Shown here piece by piece: positions 49,664 through 64,000 of a DNA stretch of 64,000 nucleotides (its first letter is position 1; each line of letters opens with the position of its first letter). The stretch is from assembly GCF_964204865.1 (NCBI RefSeq), contig NC_135261.1, forward strand, positions 16,678,001 to 16,742,000. Reading direction: 5' to 3'. Position numbers and translations under genes: made by a program. This DNA comes from Styela clava. Its lineage: Eukaryota. The notes under the pieces were generated by a model that saw only the letters and a list, made by a program, of their open reading frames with translations, was not told where the DNA came from and did not search any database.

Positions 49664-49919
49664 GCGCCAGTTATATAGTAACGGGTGTTTGTCCTTTATT
49701 GTGTGATAATAAGTGTTTGTACTGCCGACGCATCTGAAGCGTCGACTGATTACGATATGCCTCGCTGATTTCGTTTTCCTCGTATTATTTCTCTCGCGCA
49801 ATAGCGCGTGTTATCGCGGATAATAAATTCATTCCTGTTTTGGATTTCATACAAGACGTTGCTTGTTTTTCTGTGTAAGGTCTTTGGCAGTGTAAGATAA
49901 TTACGACCAATTACTGGCG
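49664..49919 (+). repeat. 5' LTR
   Basis: No mismatch to 56345-56600 on visual comparison. Confidence 0.93.
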
Positions 49920-49973
49920 TGGTGGCAGCGAAGACGAATTCTACGCTGTATATCTCCTATACTGAGGTTAACA

Positions 49974-52900
49974 ATGGCAGCTGTTAAAGCACCAAAGCAG
50001 TGGCCTCTGAAGAAATGTGAGACAATCACTTCCTTCGAAACATGGAGACAAAATCTGCTATACCGTAAAAGCGCCTAACTTCGGACAAAATTACTATATT
50101 TTCGTCAATAACTCGGCCATTTATTGTCCAAACGGTGCCAAAATTGCTCGGTAAAACATTCGTGCGGTAATTTACATTCCCTGCAAATTTCGGTTCAATT
50201 GGACTATTTTTACTATTGAAATAATCGATATTTCTTGCCATCTGACCGTTATCCTTCACTGCCCTAACTTCGGACAGTCATTTTCTTCACTGCGTAACCG
50301 CGACGCACAGAGAGAAAGAGGCTTCCGATGCGGATGGCGTAATCACGTCGTTGCGTGAAGACGCTCGATCGTCGTCGTAACGTAACATTGACGTCACGAC
50401 GAAAATGCATTATTTGAAACTTCCGTCGTCCTATGTATACATCTTTCGTTCGTTATTTTCGATACTTCAGATGAGTATAATAACACGTTAGTAATTTTAA
50501 TCAGGAAATGCATACGTAAATATATCTGATGCAAACCGTTTCAATCCACAATGAAGTATTTTAACGGGCTTCTATCGAAGTCTTTGAAGTATTAATATTC
50601 TCGACGGATAGATATTTTTTATTCTGCGCGGTTATCTTTATAAATGATAAATTATATCAAACACACGGTAAATCCGATTGTAAAGTTTAATTTTAAATTC
50701 AACTTAATCTTGTAAACATGTAGGTCCCGTTTATTTGTTGGAGATTAAATTTATTTTTAATTTAGAATGAATAAAATTCACCCAGGCCGTATTCAATAAC
50801 TGTCATTTCGACTACTAATCATAAAATAATGGTCAAGTCCGTGCACTGTGCCATATGTACGTTGGAATTATCAAAGTTTTATATATTCGATTTTTAACGT
50901 CATCGATTAAGTGTGACATGTATTTTCATTAATGTAATTTTGGCATATATTCATACATAACCGAACAAAATACGAAAATATTACATTGGAACGCCGTCTT
51001 TATCTTAACGGAAATTGTCATTTTGGCTCCGTTGTGTCTGGCGTCAAAATTCATTTCCGCGACGCAGTGTGACGTCGTGTCGGAAGTGAGCGAAAAATAA
51101 TCTACGTGAGGTTGACGTAATTTTTGACGCTGCGTGAAATCTTAATATTCTTACGGAATTTATAATTCAGAATTTTAGGTTTTATTTAAATCTCGTACGA
51201 CATCTTGCGATCACTCAAATAAATTATATACATTGTTGTCGCCCTCTACCGAATGATGGTATTTTGACGATGATAGCTTCAGTAGGAGCGACGCTCTACG
51301 CCGTTGAATGCCGGGCAGTCAATTTTCGGCAAAATTTCCGTTTTTTCACCAAAAAAATAATTATGCAACATTAAAAAAGATGAGAATAGATGTAGATATA
51401 ACAGCGCAACCTATAATAAATAAAATTAGCAATATACGGCGCGTTTTAGCCAAGATATGACCGTTCAAAAATTTTGTCCGAAGTTAGGAACTGTCCGAAG
51501 TTAGGCGCTTTTACGGTACACTTTAGCCCTGGACAATAACTTTACGCCTTTTCTTGCCCCTGACGTCCAATGGGAGAAACAAACCAAAGCTAACCCACTG
51601 AGAGGTCTGACCGATGATGGAGAGGCAGTAGCTGAAGACCGCAGAAAGTCGGCAATTCAAAAAAACGCCACTTTAGAGTTGATGCTCGGACAAATAGCAA
51701 ATTATTGTCCGATTATGTCTCGCAACACCATCGTCAAGAATTCCACATCTTTGAACTGTATTTGGCAAGCGCTCCGCATGCATTTTGGGTTCCATACTAC
51801 CGGCGCCCATCTCCTGGAGTTAGCCAATATCAAACTTGAAGATGGGGAAAGAGCAGAAGACCTTTACCAACGCCTAATGTCTTTTTTTGAAGACAACCTC
51901 GCTACCACAAATAGCTCAATTACTCATCACGGATATGTGCCAACGGAAGACGAAGACTTAACTCCTACCTTGGAAAATACAATCGTTTATTTCTGGTTGT
52001 CTTTGTTGCACCAGGATTTACCAATGCTCGTTAAGCAACGTTATGGAACTGAGCTGCGTTCTCGCACACTAGCTTCTATCAAACCTGAAATTTCAGGAGC
52101 GCTCGAGTCGCTATTAGACGAGCTGGCCTCCATGGAATATGCCAAAGTGTGTAGATCTCTTCACTCTCAAAAGTTGAATCCAAAGAAGGATAGTTCCAGC
52201 CGCCGCAACATTAACATACGTCAATCATGCCCTCTGTGCAAGGAAGGGGGTCGACCATTCAAGCATTACCTGAGCCGCTGCCCTTTCCTTCCTGACATCG
52301 ATAAGCAATTCATGGCTAAAGCACGTATGATCAGTACGGATCACGATGACATGGATCCTTTGGTGGACATAAGTTCAGCATCTTCTGACTGTCCTGAGGT
52401 AAATTCTAACTCTAATCATTATATTTACCGCTCACGACGTGTTAACATATGCCATTGCCCTCACCTGGTCTTGTACTGTAAAGGAAAACCCATCCGTGTC
52501 GTGCTTGACACTGGTGCTGAGTGTAATATGATATCTCTATCCCTTGCTAGTCTTTTGGGCGCCAAAATATCAAAGTGCTCTCAAAAAGCTCTACAGGCTG
52601 ACGGATCATCATTTTTAAATGTACTTGGCGAAACAGCTATTACCCTATCACTTGATGCTGTTTCTATGCCTTTCAAAGCACTGGTAGTTCAGCATTTAGA
52701 TTCCGACATTTTGGCTGGCACCCCGTTTATGGTCGAGAACGATATCATTTTGCGACCTGCAAAGCATACCATCAGTATTCGCAACCTTCCTCCACTGCCA
52801 TATGATGATAAACGTCTCAATAGTGAGGCTAGTCACCCGCCTCATATTATTAGACACTCCAGCAAGTCACGCGTCCTTTGGCCTGGCGAAACTATGACAG

Positions 52901-55900
52901 TTCCCTTACCAAATCATTTGCTTGATGTTGACGAGGTGGCTGTCGAGCCTCGCATCGATTGTCAGTCCGTTACCACTGAAAAATGGTTAACGCCTTGCAT
53001 TGCTCCCCGCCATAACGATTACATCCTTATTCAAAATTCATCATGCGAACCTGCACGTATTGACAAGCATCAACAATTCGCCCAACTTTTACCTGTTATA
53101 TCTCAACAATCCATTACCCAGTCTACCAACCATAATTCCTTCGTTCGACCATCCCCTCCGTTTGCAACCAACATAAAAGTCGATCCTGAACATATCCTGC
53201 CCTCAGACGTTGTCGCAAAATTTCAACACTTACACCAAAAGTTTGATAGCGTGTTTAACCCGAGCCCTCCCGGTTACAATGGAGCTGTTGGTCCCTTCAA
53301 AGCTGTGGTTAATATGGGACCTACCCAGCCCCCTCAACGGAAAGGTAGAATACCTCAATATTCACGTGATAAATTAGTTGAGTTACAGCAAAAGTTTGAT
53401 GAACTTGAGGCATTGGGTGTTTTCCAAAAACCAGAATGCGTTGGGGTCACTGTAGAATATTTAAACCCCTCCTTCTTAGTCAAGAAAGCCTCGGGGGGTT
53501 ATCGTCTAGTCACTGCATTCGCAGACGTTGGGAGATACTCAAAACCACAACCTTCTCTTTTACCTGATGTTGACTCTACTCTGCGCAAAATTGCATGTTG
53601 GAAATACATAGTCGTGTCGGATCTCACAAGTGCCTTCTATCAAATCCCACTTGAAAAGAAGTCTATGAAATATTGTGGTGTGGTAACACCATTTCGTGGT
53701 ACCCGGGTATATACCAGATCTGCTATGGGAATGCCTGGATCTGAAACTGCATTGGAAGAGCTTATGTGCCGGGTTTTAGGTGACCTATTACAGGCTGGTA
53801 TCGTAACTAAAATAGCAGACGATTTATACTGTGGGGGAAATACTCCTGAGGAATTGCTCCGTAACTGGAGTAGTGTGCTTTCTGCCTTATCAAAATGTGG
53901 TTTATGTTTATCTGCTTCCAAAACTATTATAGCCCCCAAGTCAACCACCATCCTTGGTTGGATATGGTCAGAAGGCATAATTAAAGCATCCCCACATCGT
54001 ATTGCCACATTATCCACATGCGACCCACCTAAAACTGTAGCAGCTATGCGGTCCTTTTTAGGAGCTTACCGTGTTCTTGCTAGAGTCATACCCAAATGTG
54101 CAAATTTTTTGTGTGACCTACAAAAAGTCACTGATAACCGTGCTTCCCAAGAAAGTATTTTGTGGAATGATGAGCTACGTCAAAGTTTTCACTCTGCTCA
54201 ATCTCATTTATCTAGCAACAAGTCTATAACATTACCAAGACCCAGTGATTTATTGTGGCTAGTTACTGATGGTTCAGTTTCACATCCGGGTTTAGGAGCC
54301 ACACTGTATATTACACGTGAGGGCGAGACACACCTTGCTGGTTTTTTTAGCGCTAAGCTTAAGTCTCGCTTCACTTCCTGGATTCCATGCGAAATCGAGG
54401 CCCTCAGTATTGCATCTGCTATCAAGCACTTTGCTCCCTATATCATCCAATCTGCGAATACTACACGGGTTTTAACAGACAGTAAGCCTTGCGTTCAGGC
54501 CTTTCAAAAGCTATGCCGAGGAGAGTTTTCAGCTAGCCCAAGACTCTCAACATTTTTATCAGTCACAAGTCAATATCAAGTCACCCTGGAGCACTTAGCG
54601 GGTTCTAAAAATCTCCCCTCAGATTTTGCTAGTCGTAATGCACCGGAGTGTTGTACTAATAACTGTCAAATTTGTGCTTTTATTGATGATATCAAGCAAC
54701 AACCTGTCATGCGTGAGGTTTCTGTTCGCGACATTTTATCAGGCCACACTAAAATGCCGTTTACTTCTAGGTCTGCCTGGCTTACGATTCAAAAAGAATG
54801 TGCGGATCTTCGGCGGGTCCACGCTCACCTACAACAAGGCACCAGACCATCAAAAAAATTGACTAAGATCATTGACGTGAAACGTTACCTCATGCATGCC
54901 ATTATTGCTAGTGATGGATTACTTGTTTATCATACATCTCGCCCTTTTTCCTCTCGCCAAGATCGTATTATTATTCCACGTCATTTCGTTGATGCTATTT
55001 TAACTGCTTTACATATTCAATTAGAGCACCCCTCCGCTCACCAATTGGCATCTGTATTTAATCGTTATTTTTTTGCTCTTGATTCTGATGCTATGATTAA
55101 ACATGTTTCTAATGCCTGCCATCAATGTGCCTCCCTAAAAAAGTTTGTGTCCCGCCCCATACCACAAACTACCAGTGATAACTTACCATCCGTCGGATCA
55201 ATGTTTGCTGCAGACGTTATTAAACAAAGAAAACAATTGATATTAGTCATACGAGAATGTGTTACCTCTTTCACACGAGCCTGCTTAATTGAAAATGAAA
55301 GAGAAGAGACTTTACGTAATGGTCTTGTGTGTTTAACTTTGGATATGACCCCTCTTGATGGCCCACCAGCATTAATACGCACAGACTCTGCTCCTGCCTT
55401 CGCCTCAATGGCAAAAAATAACAGACTAGCCAAGCATCGACTTACACTCGAACTTGGCCATTCGAAGAACATCAATAAAAATCCCATTGCTGAAAAAGCC
55501 GTACAAGAAGTGCAGGAAGAATTACTAAGACTTGCACCGGACAATCAGCCTGTTTCTCATGTCACATTATCAGTGGCCCTTGCTAATCTCAATTCACGAC
55601 TACGCAAGAGGGGATTATCATCACGGGAAATGTGGACCCAAAGAGACCAATTCACTAATCAACAAATTCCTATGGAAGACAGACACATGATTGAAAAACA
55701 ATATGCTAGTCGACTCCAGAACCATAAGCCCAGCCAAAAGTCAAAATGCCGTAACCCTATTCCTATATCTCCCATGATTCGTGTAGGTGATCTTGTATAT
55801 TTATATGCTGACCGCAAAAAAACTAAAGCCCGGGACAGGTACTTGGTTGTGTCTGTCAATGGTGACTGGTGTAATATAAAAAAATTCATTGGTAATCAGC

Positions 55901-56196
55901 TTCGAGCCAATTCGTACAAAGTTCGAAAGTCTGATTGTTTTTTAGTTTCACCCACATTACCTTCCCCTTCCCAAGTTATACCAGATACCACAATCAATGA
56001 CGAGAACTCTGAGGATTTCTATCCTCCGCTACTACCAAGCTCATTTGTAGATTTACTCCCCCAATTACCTACTGCGAATGTTCCCCCTCCTGGACCACCA
56101 GAATTATTTTTGCAAGATGGCCCAGCACCACAATCTCGCTACCCCCGTCGTGAGCATCGTAAGCCTTCATATTTGAGTGATTACATTTTAGAATAA
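49974..56196 (+). CDS. gag-pol polyprotein (~1588 aa once the MITE is removed), interrupted at codon 30
   Basis: [30 protein letters not shown]|TLALDNNF.. joins the 1505-aa ORF in frame. Zn knuckle CPLC..H..C; protease LDTGA; [12 protein letters not shown] and KIADDLY; RNase H VTDGS/EIEAL/TDSK; integrase HHCC plus D-D-E (AADV, RTDS, AEK). Confidence 0.92.
50063..51516. mobile_element. Tc1/mariner (pogo/Tigger-like) non-autonomous element inserted in gag
   Basis: Perfect 25-bp TIRs CCGTAAAAGCGCCTAACTTCGGACA / TGTCCGAAGTTAGGCGCTTTTACGG; TA TSD (50061-62, 51517-18); internal CCTAACTTCGGACA repeats. Confidence 0.93.
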
Positions 56197-56344
56197 GCCC
56201 GGTTTTGCATTTGTTTTGATTACAATTTCGTTTACTATGGCATTCGGTTTTTAAGTGACCTATACTTTCTCGTCATTTTACTAAGTTTTAGTAATGTTTT
56301 TCATAGTAATACCCATTATGGGAGCGAAGGAGAGAAGAAGGGAT

Positions 56345-56600
56345 GCGCCAGTTATATAGTAACGGGTGTTTGTCCTTTATTGTGTGATAATAAGTGTTTG
56401 TACTGCCGACGCATCTGAAGCGTCGACTGATTACGATATGCCTCGCTGATTTCGTTTTCCTCGTATTATTTCTCTCGCGCAATAGCGCGTGTTATCGCGG
56501 ATAATAAATTCATTCCTGTTTTGGATTTCATACAAGACGTTGCTTGTTTTTCTGTGTAAGGTCTTTGGCAGTGTAAGATAATTACGACCAATTACTGGCG
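56345..56600 (+). repeat. 3' LTR
   Basis: Identical to 49664-49919 and preceded by the PPT. Confidence 0.93.
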
Positions 56601-58263
56601 CAGTGCAAAATGGCCTGCACAAATGCCAACATTTCCTTTGTTTTTACTAAGCTTTTCGCATAAAATGCTTGGTCATGTCATCAAACCAGTTACGTCAAAT
56701 TACACCCCCATAATCATCTCACATTGCCGTGAAACATTAAAACAACTAGAACCAAAATTCTGACTTCATATTACGGTAAGCTTAAAACCTCATCCTACCT
56801 AATATATTGCCCAATACCCATACCCGGCGGCTACGTTTATAAAATAACTTGTTACAGACATAACAACGCAAAACATTTCTTAAGATCAATTCAAGGTTCT
56901 GTTGCAGCACGTAGACTTCCGCAAGCCGTATCCACAAAACAAGCAGCGTTGACTCATTCGGTCGAGAGTTCAGCATAAATAGGTATTGCTATTTCCTGGT
57001 GTCCATTTACCAATAAGCGTGTATCGTACATGCTTAGAAACGTATTCTGAAATTTATCTAAACAAATACTACGTGCCGGCATGATGCGGCAACCATTTAT
57101 ATAACATGGAATATCGATTATTTGTCCAGATCAAATTTGGTCCACCTCACACGCGCTTGAATTGCCAAAGACAATATTTTCTCTGTATAGTCCAGTTCTA
57201 GTGTAAAGTCCTCCACGCGCCTGCGACTTACTAGTCACAACTAAAAGTTTATTACCTACGTCGATGGCCGAAGTTGAACTTAGTGCAATATAGAATGGAA
57301 AATGCTTTACTAAATGTATATCACTCTTGTGGAAACAATTTTGTATCTTTATTCTTTCGTACATTAGACTTGGATTTTGAAACTAACCTTAAAATATCAG
57401 GATCACACCCAGACCAATAATACTTGACCTTTATTCGGGATTAATTCAAATCATTCAAATGTTCTATGCATGTATAAAAAAAATATAAATTTAGTAACTG
57501 ATCTGATCAACCTCTCAAAATTACTTAAAATCAATATGTAAGTATATCAACACTACAACAACACTGATATAAGATATTTGATAACATGCAATATGAGTTT
57601 ATTTTTTCGAAGGACTGCTTAAAAAATGTTTGTAAGCAAATATAAATCGAAGCTCCTTTTTTTTTCATAAATCCCTTTCCAAAATTCCAAATCCTATGTA
57701 ATATGTGCTTTTGAGAACAGACAAAACTAAAAAATATTTTTATATGAAATACAGTGGCTCATGACGCCCTTATATGATATAAAAATTACAAACAACCTGA
57801 ATTATCACAAAAAAGAAGAATGATTATCAAGTCTTGATTATTATCACTTTTGAGTGTTATTAAATAGTAGAAATAAAAACAGTATCATGATTTTAACAGT
57901 AGGGTTCGTCAAAACGAAAATTTTTATTATTCTGAGTACATTTCAAAATAATATTTTAATTAGTATTAATATATTCTTGAATAAGACATGTTTAACCGAG
58001 AATTTAGCATAAACCATTGTATATTAAATAAATGAATTAATTAAAAACCTAAGGACAGAGGGTATATATTCACTTAGCTAACACAGACAGTTCGACAACT
58101 CGCAATAGAACTAAAATAAAGAAAATGAAAATTATGCCCCAGCCTGGTACACATACTACGGGAGTACCCGATAAATGTAATGTGTAAAATTTTTAGTATG
58201 AGTAATGAAATTACTAACATCATAGTGCATCCAAAGAATAAATTATTTTTCATTTATATGTTT

Positions 58264-60098
<1,835 letters not shown>

Positions 60099-62946
60099 AC
60101 TGTTTGCAACTCTGGATTTTGTTTGCACTTTAATTAATGATAGATGTTTTTACAATGCACGTTGTATGCTGTATTCAATACCATAAAATACAATGATTTA
60201 GATCAGGGGTGTTCAACTTTTTTCTATAGACGGCCACATTATGTTTTTGTAAAATGACTACAGCCGCTAGTGAGTTCTAAGTCTTTTATGAGTTATATTT
60301 CATTAAAGAATTGGGTTTGGGAATCGAATAATTCTAATGAATTCCATATATTTAAATAGTTAATAGTTTTAAATCTACAGTTTGAAGTGAGGCAAGGGCA
60401 CAAGGGTCGATATTCCCTTCCGCCAGTAAATACTTAAAATGAAAAAAGTTGTTAATAACATAGAGACATATTTTTATGTCAATTGCTGTTATTTTTATGC
60501 CAGCTTGATCATTTCTGTGCAGGCATTTGAACTGATTTCATTTTTAGTAAACATTGTGTCATATAAAAAATCCATCTCCCATTTAGGATTAAAGAACCAT
60601 TTCTCTTCTGATGATGTTCACAACTATTACTTATGAGGGCGGTAACGGTAATCCCTTTTTTCATTCGCAATTATTAAAGACGCAACCACTGCTATGATTT
60701 TCCGTAACAGACAAACTGAACGCTTGCGCTCATTTTGTAGCTAAAACACACTCTGATATGGAAATAAAAGTTTTAAGGGATGATCAAATATTATTATCGG
60801 ATCTATAATTCTGCTATGAAAATCACAATCAAAGGAGTACTAAGAATAGGTTTTTGCAATTAATATGAAACAAAAGTTCTTTAAATTAAAACTCAACACA
60901 TTAGAATTATAACTATTAAATGAATTGGTCAATAGCACCATGTACGAAGATCAAAAATCAAAAAAACTTCTTAGAAATAAATTAACCAGAATACAAATTC
61001 TAGTATCTCTTGTCTTGAAACATTTTTCTCTTTTCATTATCAACATTTCCTATCTCACATAGTTTGAATTGGGAATTTTGTAATTTTATTTTATTTAATA
61101 TTTATTATTAGTGCAATTATTTTCAATAAAATTACTATTTATTAACTAATAGCTTAGTACAAACCCACAGGGTTAGTATGTCAGACAGCCATGAACTAAT
61201 TATGGTGACTTCATCAAACAGAAAACACCTAGCCATATATTTAATTTTTGCACTTGTAATGTATTACCCTAATTCAAATATTAAATTTGTATTTATATGT
61301 CTTATTAAAACTGGCTAAAATTCCACTTATGAGATATTTGCCTCTAAAATTTCAAACACCATCACCTAACTTAACAATGCAAAGCTGACAAGTATTACCA
61401 AAGGACTACTAATGCATAGAGGCTACATAAGAATATATTTATATTGTATGCTGTCACAACAGTTGAATCACTTCCTTCTGAATCACATGACAGAGTTATT
61501 AGATATGACAACATCTTGTGTGAACAACTGAACACGCATTATTCTTACCATTCATAGCCAAACAGCTCTGGTTGAAACGAAATGCAGAAGTTTTTTTCAA
61601 GTTTTAGAACTACATAAAATATGATTGAGAAAATTGAAACCATATATTATATATATTTGTAAAACCTCAATTTCATCTATGCGCATAATTCAAATTTTCA
61701 GTTGACCTACGTATTTTGTGGGAGTCGTAATTGCAATAACAAAAACATATGAACAAGGTTTAATGAAAGATCACTGGACCAGCTTCTTTGACATCTGATT
61801 CATTGAATGATTTTGTTACGTCACTGTCAAATTACTTTTATAGATAGGTATAAAAGCACCTAGATAGCTATTGATGACTACATTGTATAATTTTGTCAGT
61901 TGTGGATTACAGCATCATATAATATAGCAAGGGTATGGAATCACAAAGTGACCTGTCAAGTCATTTTTGCTAAAAAAGGCACAACCTAAATTTTGAGGGA
62001 TAAAAATATCTGTAATAAGGGGGCCACTAACAAAACAATTGATTTGTTCATATATAGCAATGTTAGCAACTAGTTGAGGCAATTCTGTTCGCAGCTCTCC
62101 TGCCTGGAGAAGTTCAATTCAATTATCAAAGTTCGAATTACCTCTTTTTCGCAATTGTAATTGGAGGGAATTCAAAAGCAACTTCTGGAAAAAAATATTC
62201 AGGTTTCAAATTATTACCTTTAGTATTCTGAAATAGGATAAACAAAAACCCGAAAATATAGTTCTCTAACAGTAGAATCCCCCTCAAACTCATTTGAAAT
62301 CATGGAAATATGAATTCACGATCTAATGCGTTTCTCAACCTTTAGGAATTTTGCCGTTTTGGGAAAGGAATTTTGCTTTGCATTCACTGTAGTATTTCTG
62401 ATATTTTTTAGTTTTTTATTATTACTATAAATACTTATACATGAATACATAACAACTACGGTACCTAATTGTACAAATACGGGAGTCCCACTTGCACATA
62501 GGATTAGCTTTGAATCCATTCAAAATTAAACAAAGTAGTTTTACATATACGATTAGCAACCGATTCATTAAGTAGTTTTATGAATAATGAAGGGAGGAAA
62601 GAAGAGTTCCAAAATAGAAAATTTTCATTTTTTCGCATAAATTTCTGGGATGGCTTGGCGTATTTTTATTTTTCTGGGGTCAACTTTTTATCAGCTTTGG
62701 ACCAGAAAATACAGGAAAATGGTTACAATACTGTGCCTTCCAAATTACTATCAGTCCTCACTCCAATATGCACTAGTCCGCAGATTGGAACCAGCAGAGA
62801 ATGAAAAAGTGCAAATAGGAATTTCAATACAAAATATCAAGGAAAGAAAGCAAAGACTGATTGAAGGAAATATTGAAGTGAATGATAAGGCAGGAAAGTG
62901 TTAAGAATACACATTAAATTACAGCCGAGATTAAGGTACCTAAATG

Positions 62947-63401
62947 GGGTCTCGTGTAGTTTCTTACTTAACATACTTCTAATGGGCGTAGCATCACGAT
63001 TTTTTGACATATCAATCCTAACCCCCACCTGACTATGCCATCCAAAAATTACGTCACTACGACATCACAATCACGTCATAGAGCTTGTCAAATATACGTA
63101 CTATCGTCCGAAATGGCATCGGCGCCGACGATGAAGAACTTACTAACGTCAGCGATCTCTCTCATATTGAGATTGTCGCGACGTTAAAAACGAGAGAAAT
63201 AGCCGTTCGATTTCGGGTGCGCAGACGTGCGCGCCTTGGATGACAGTTCGTATAGTTTGAAGGTCTCTATTACGTCACTGTGACGTCGTAGAGACGTAAT
63301 TTTTGGGTGGCATAGTCAGGTGGGGGTTAGGATTGACACATGAAAAAATTGTTGTGCTACGCCCGCTAGAAGTATGTTAGGTAGGAAACTACATGAGACC
63401 C
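62947..63401. mobile_element. long-TIR MITE with 8-bp TSD
   Basis: ~110-bp imperfect TIRs GGGTCTCGTGTAGTTTC.. / ..GAAACTACATGAGACCC; TSD CCTAAATG (62939-62946, 63402-63409). Confidence 0.85.
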
Positions 63402-64000
63402 CCTAAATGAACATAAAAAAATAAAATACTTACATAATATTATTGAACTTTGAGGGAACACATTTCAATGATGCATCCGGTAAAATTTTTTATTACTAGA
63501 TTAACGGAGCATCTGATCAATCTGAATTTCTATTGCGACATTGTGGTCCACTTCTAGACTTTTCTTGAATTTGACTGAGAGAGAGAGAGAGATTTATTTC
63601 CACAAACAATGAAAAAACAATATTAAATAATATCGATAATTTTTAGAGAGTTAGACTATAATGAAAACAATGAAAAACCGTATAAAACAATATCGATGAT
63701 GTTTATAGAAGTAGTCCAATTTACACATTGTTTTGTGTTGGCCAGTATGCAAGACCGTTGAAGGTTATCAAGGCTGCTGACCAATTTAACACTGTTATTG
63801 ATTAAGAAGTCGGAATTAATTGTCACAATATAAATATAAAAAAGACGGAGAATGAGTCGGCAAATATTTTAGTTCCACGATTCAACACTAAAAGCACATT
63901 GTGATAGAGTTTAGAGGACATGTGTAAAATATATATAATACCAGTGCTACATTGTGATTTAGTACATTACAGATCGCCATAACCGAGTCGGGCTCAGTAT

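Larger units (their letters stand above)
49664..56600 (+). mobile_element. young full-length Ty3/gypsy-like LTR retrotransposon
   Basis: Identical 256-bp LTRs; PBS TGGTGGCAGCG (tRNA-Leu-like) at 49920; PPT GGGAGCGAAGGAGAGAAGAAGGGA before the 3' LTR; single gag-PR-RT-RH-IN frame. Confidence 0.96.

Noticed and set aside
53640-55889. Antisense ORFs within pol
   Set aside because: Expected shadow ORFs of a long coding frame.

Overview
AT-rich, compact, intron-containing animal DNA, not prokaryotic. Gene density, short GT-AG introns and closely packed same-strand single-exon genes suggest a tunicate/ascidian (inference only). From left to right the window holds: the 5' end of a CsRN1/Kabuki-type Ty3/gypsy element (LTR, tRNA-Trp PBS, CHCC gag, -1 frameshift into protease); intronless genes for a secreted DRGH endonuclease and a GH35 beta-galactosidase; a minus-strand run NARS2 > INTS10 > TMEM167 (all intronless) > BLOC1S4-like (5 exons) that looks like a trans-spliced operon; LMAN1/ERGIC-53 (12 exons) convergent with GPATCH1 (13 exons), whose shared 3' region was tandemly duplicated and reciprocally inactivated; an unrecognised 8-exon ~554-aa gene; an alpha-1,3-fucosyltransferase with a degenerate donor-binding motif; a very young LTR retrotransposon (identical 256-bp LTRs, IADD RT motif, non-canonical termini) interrupted by a TA-target MITE; and a Rac GTPase. 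Introns and spacers carry a tRNA-derived SINE family, hAT, MULE-like and Tc1/pogo MITEs, and Helentron-type (HINE) elements. Exon models were assembled by hand from splice signals and frame continuity; no database searches were run.
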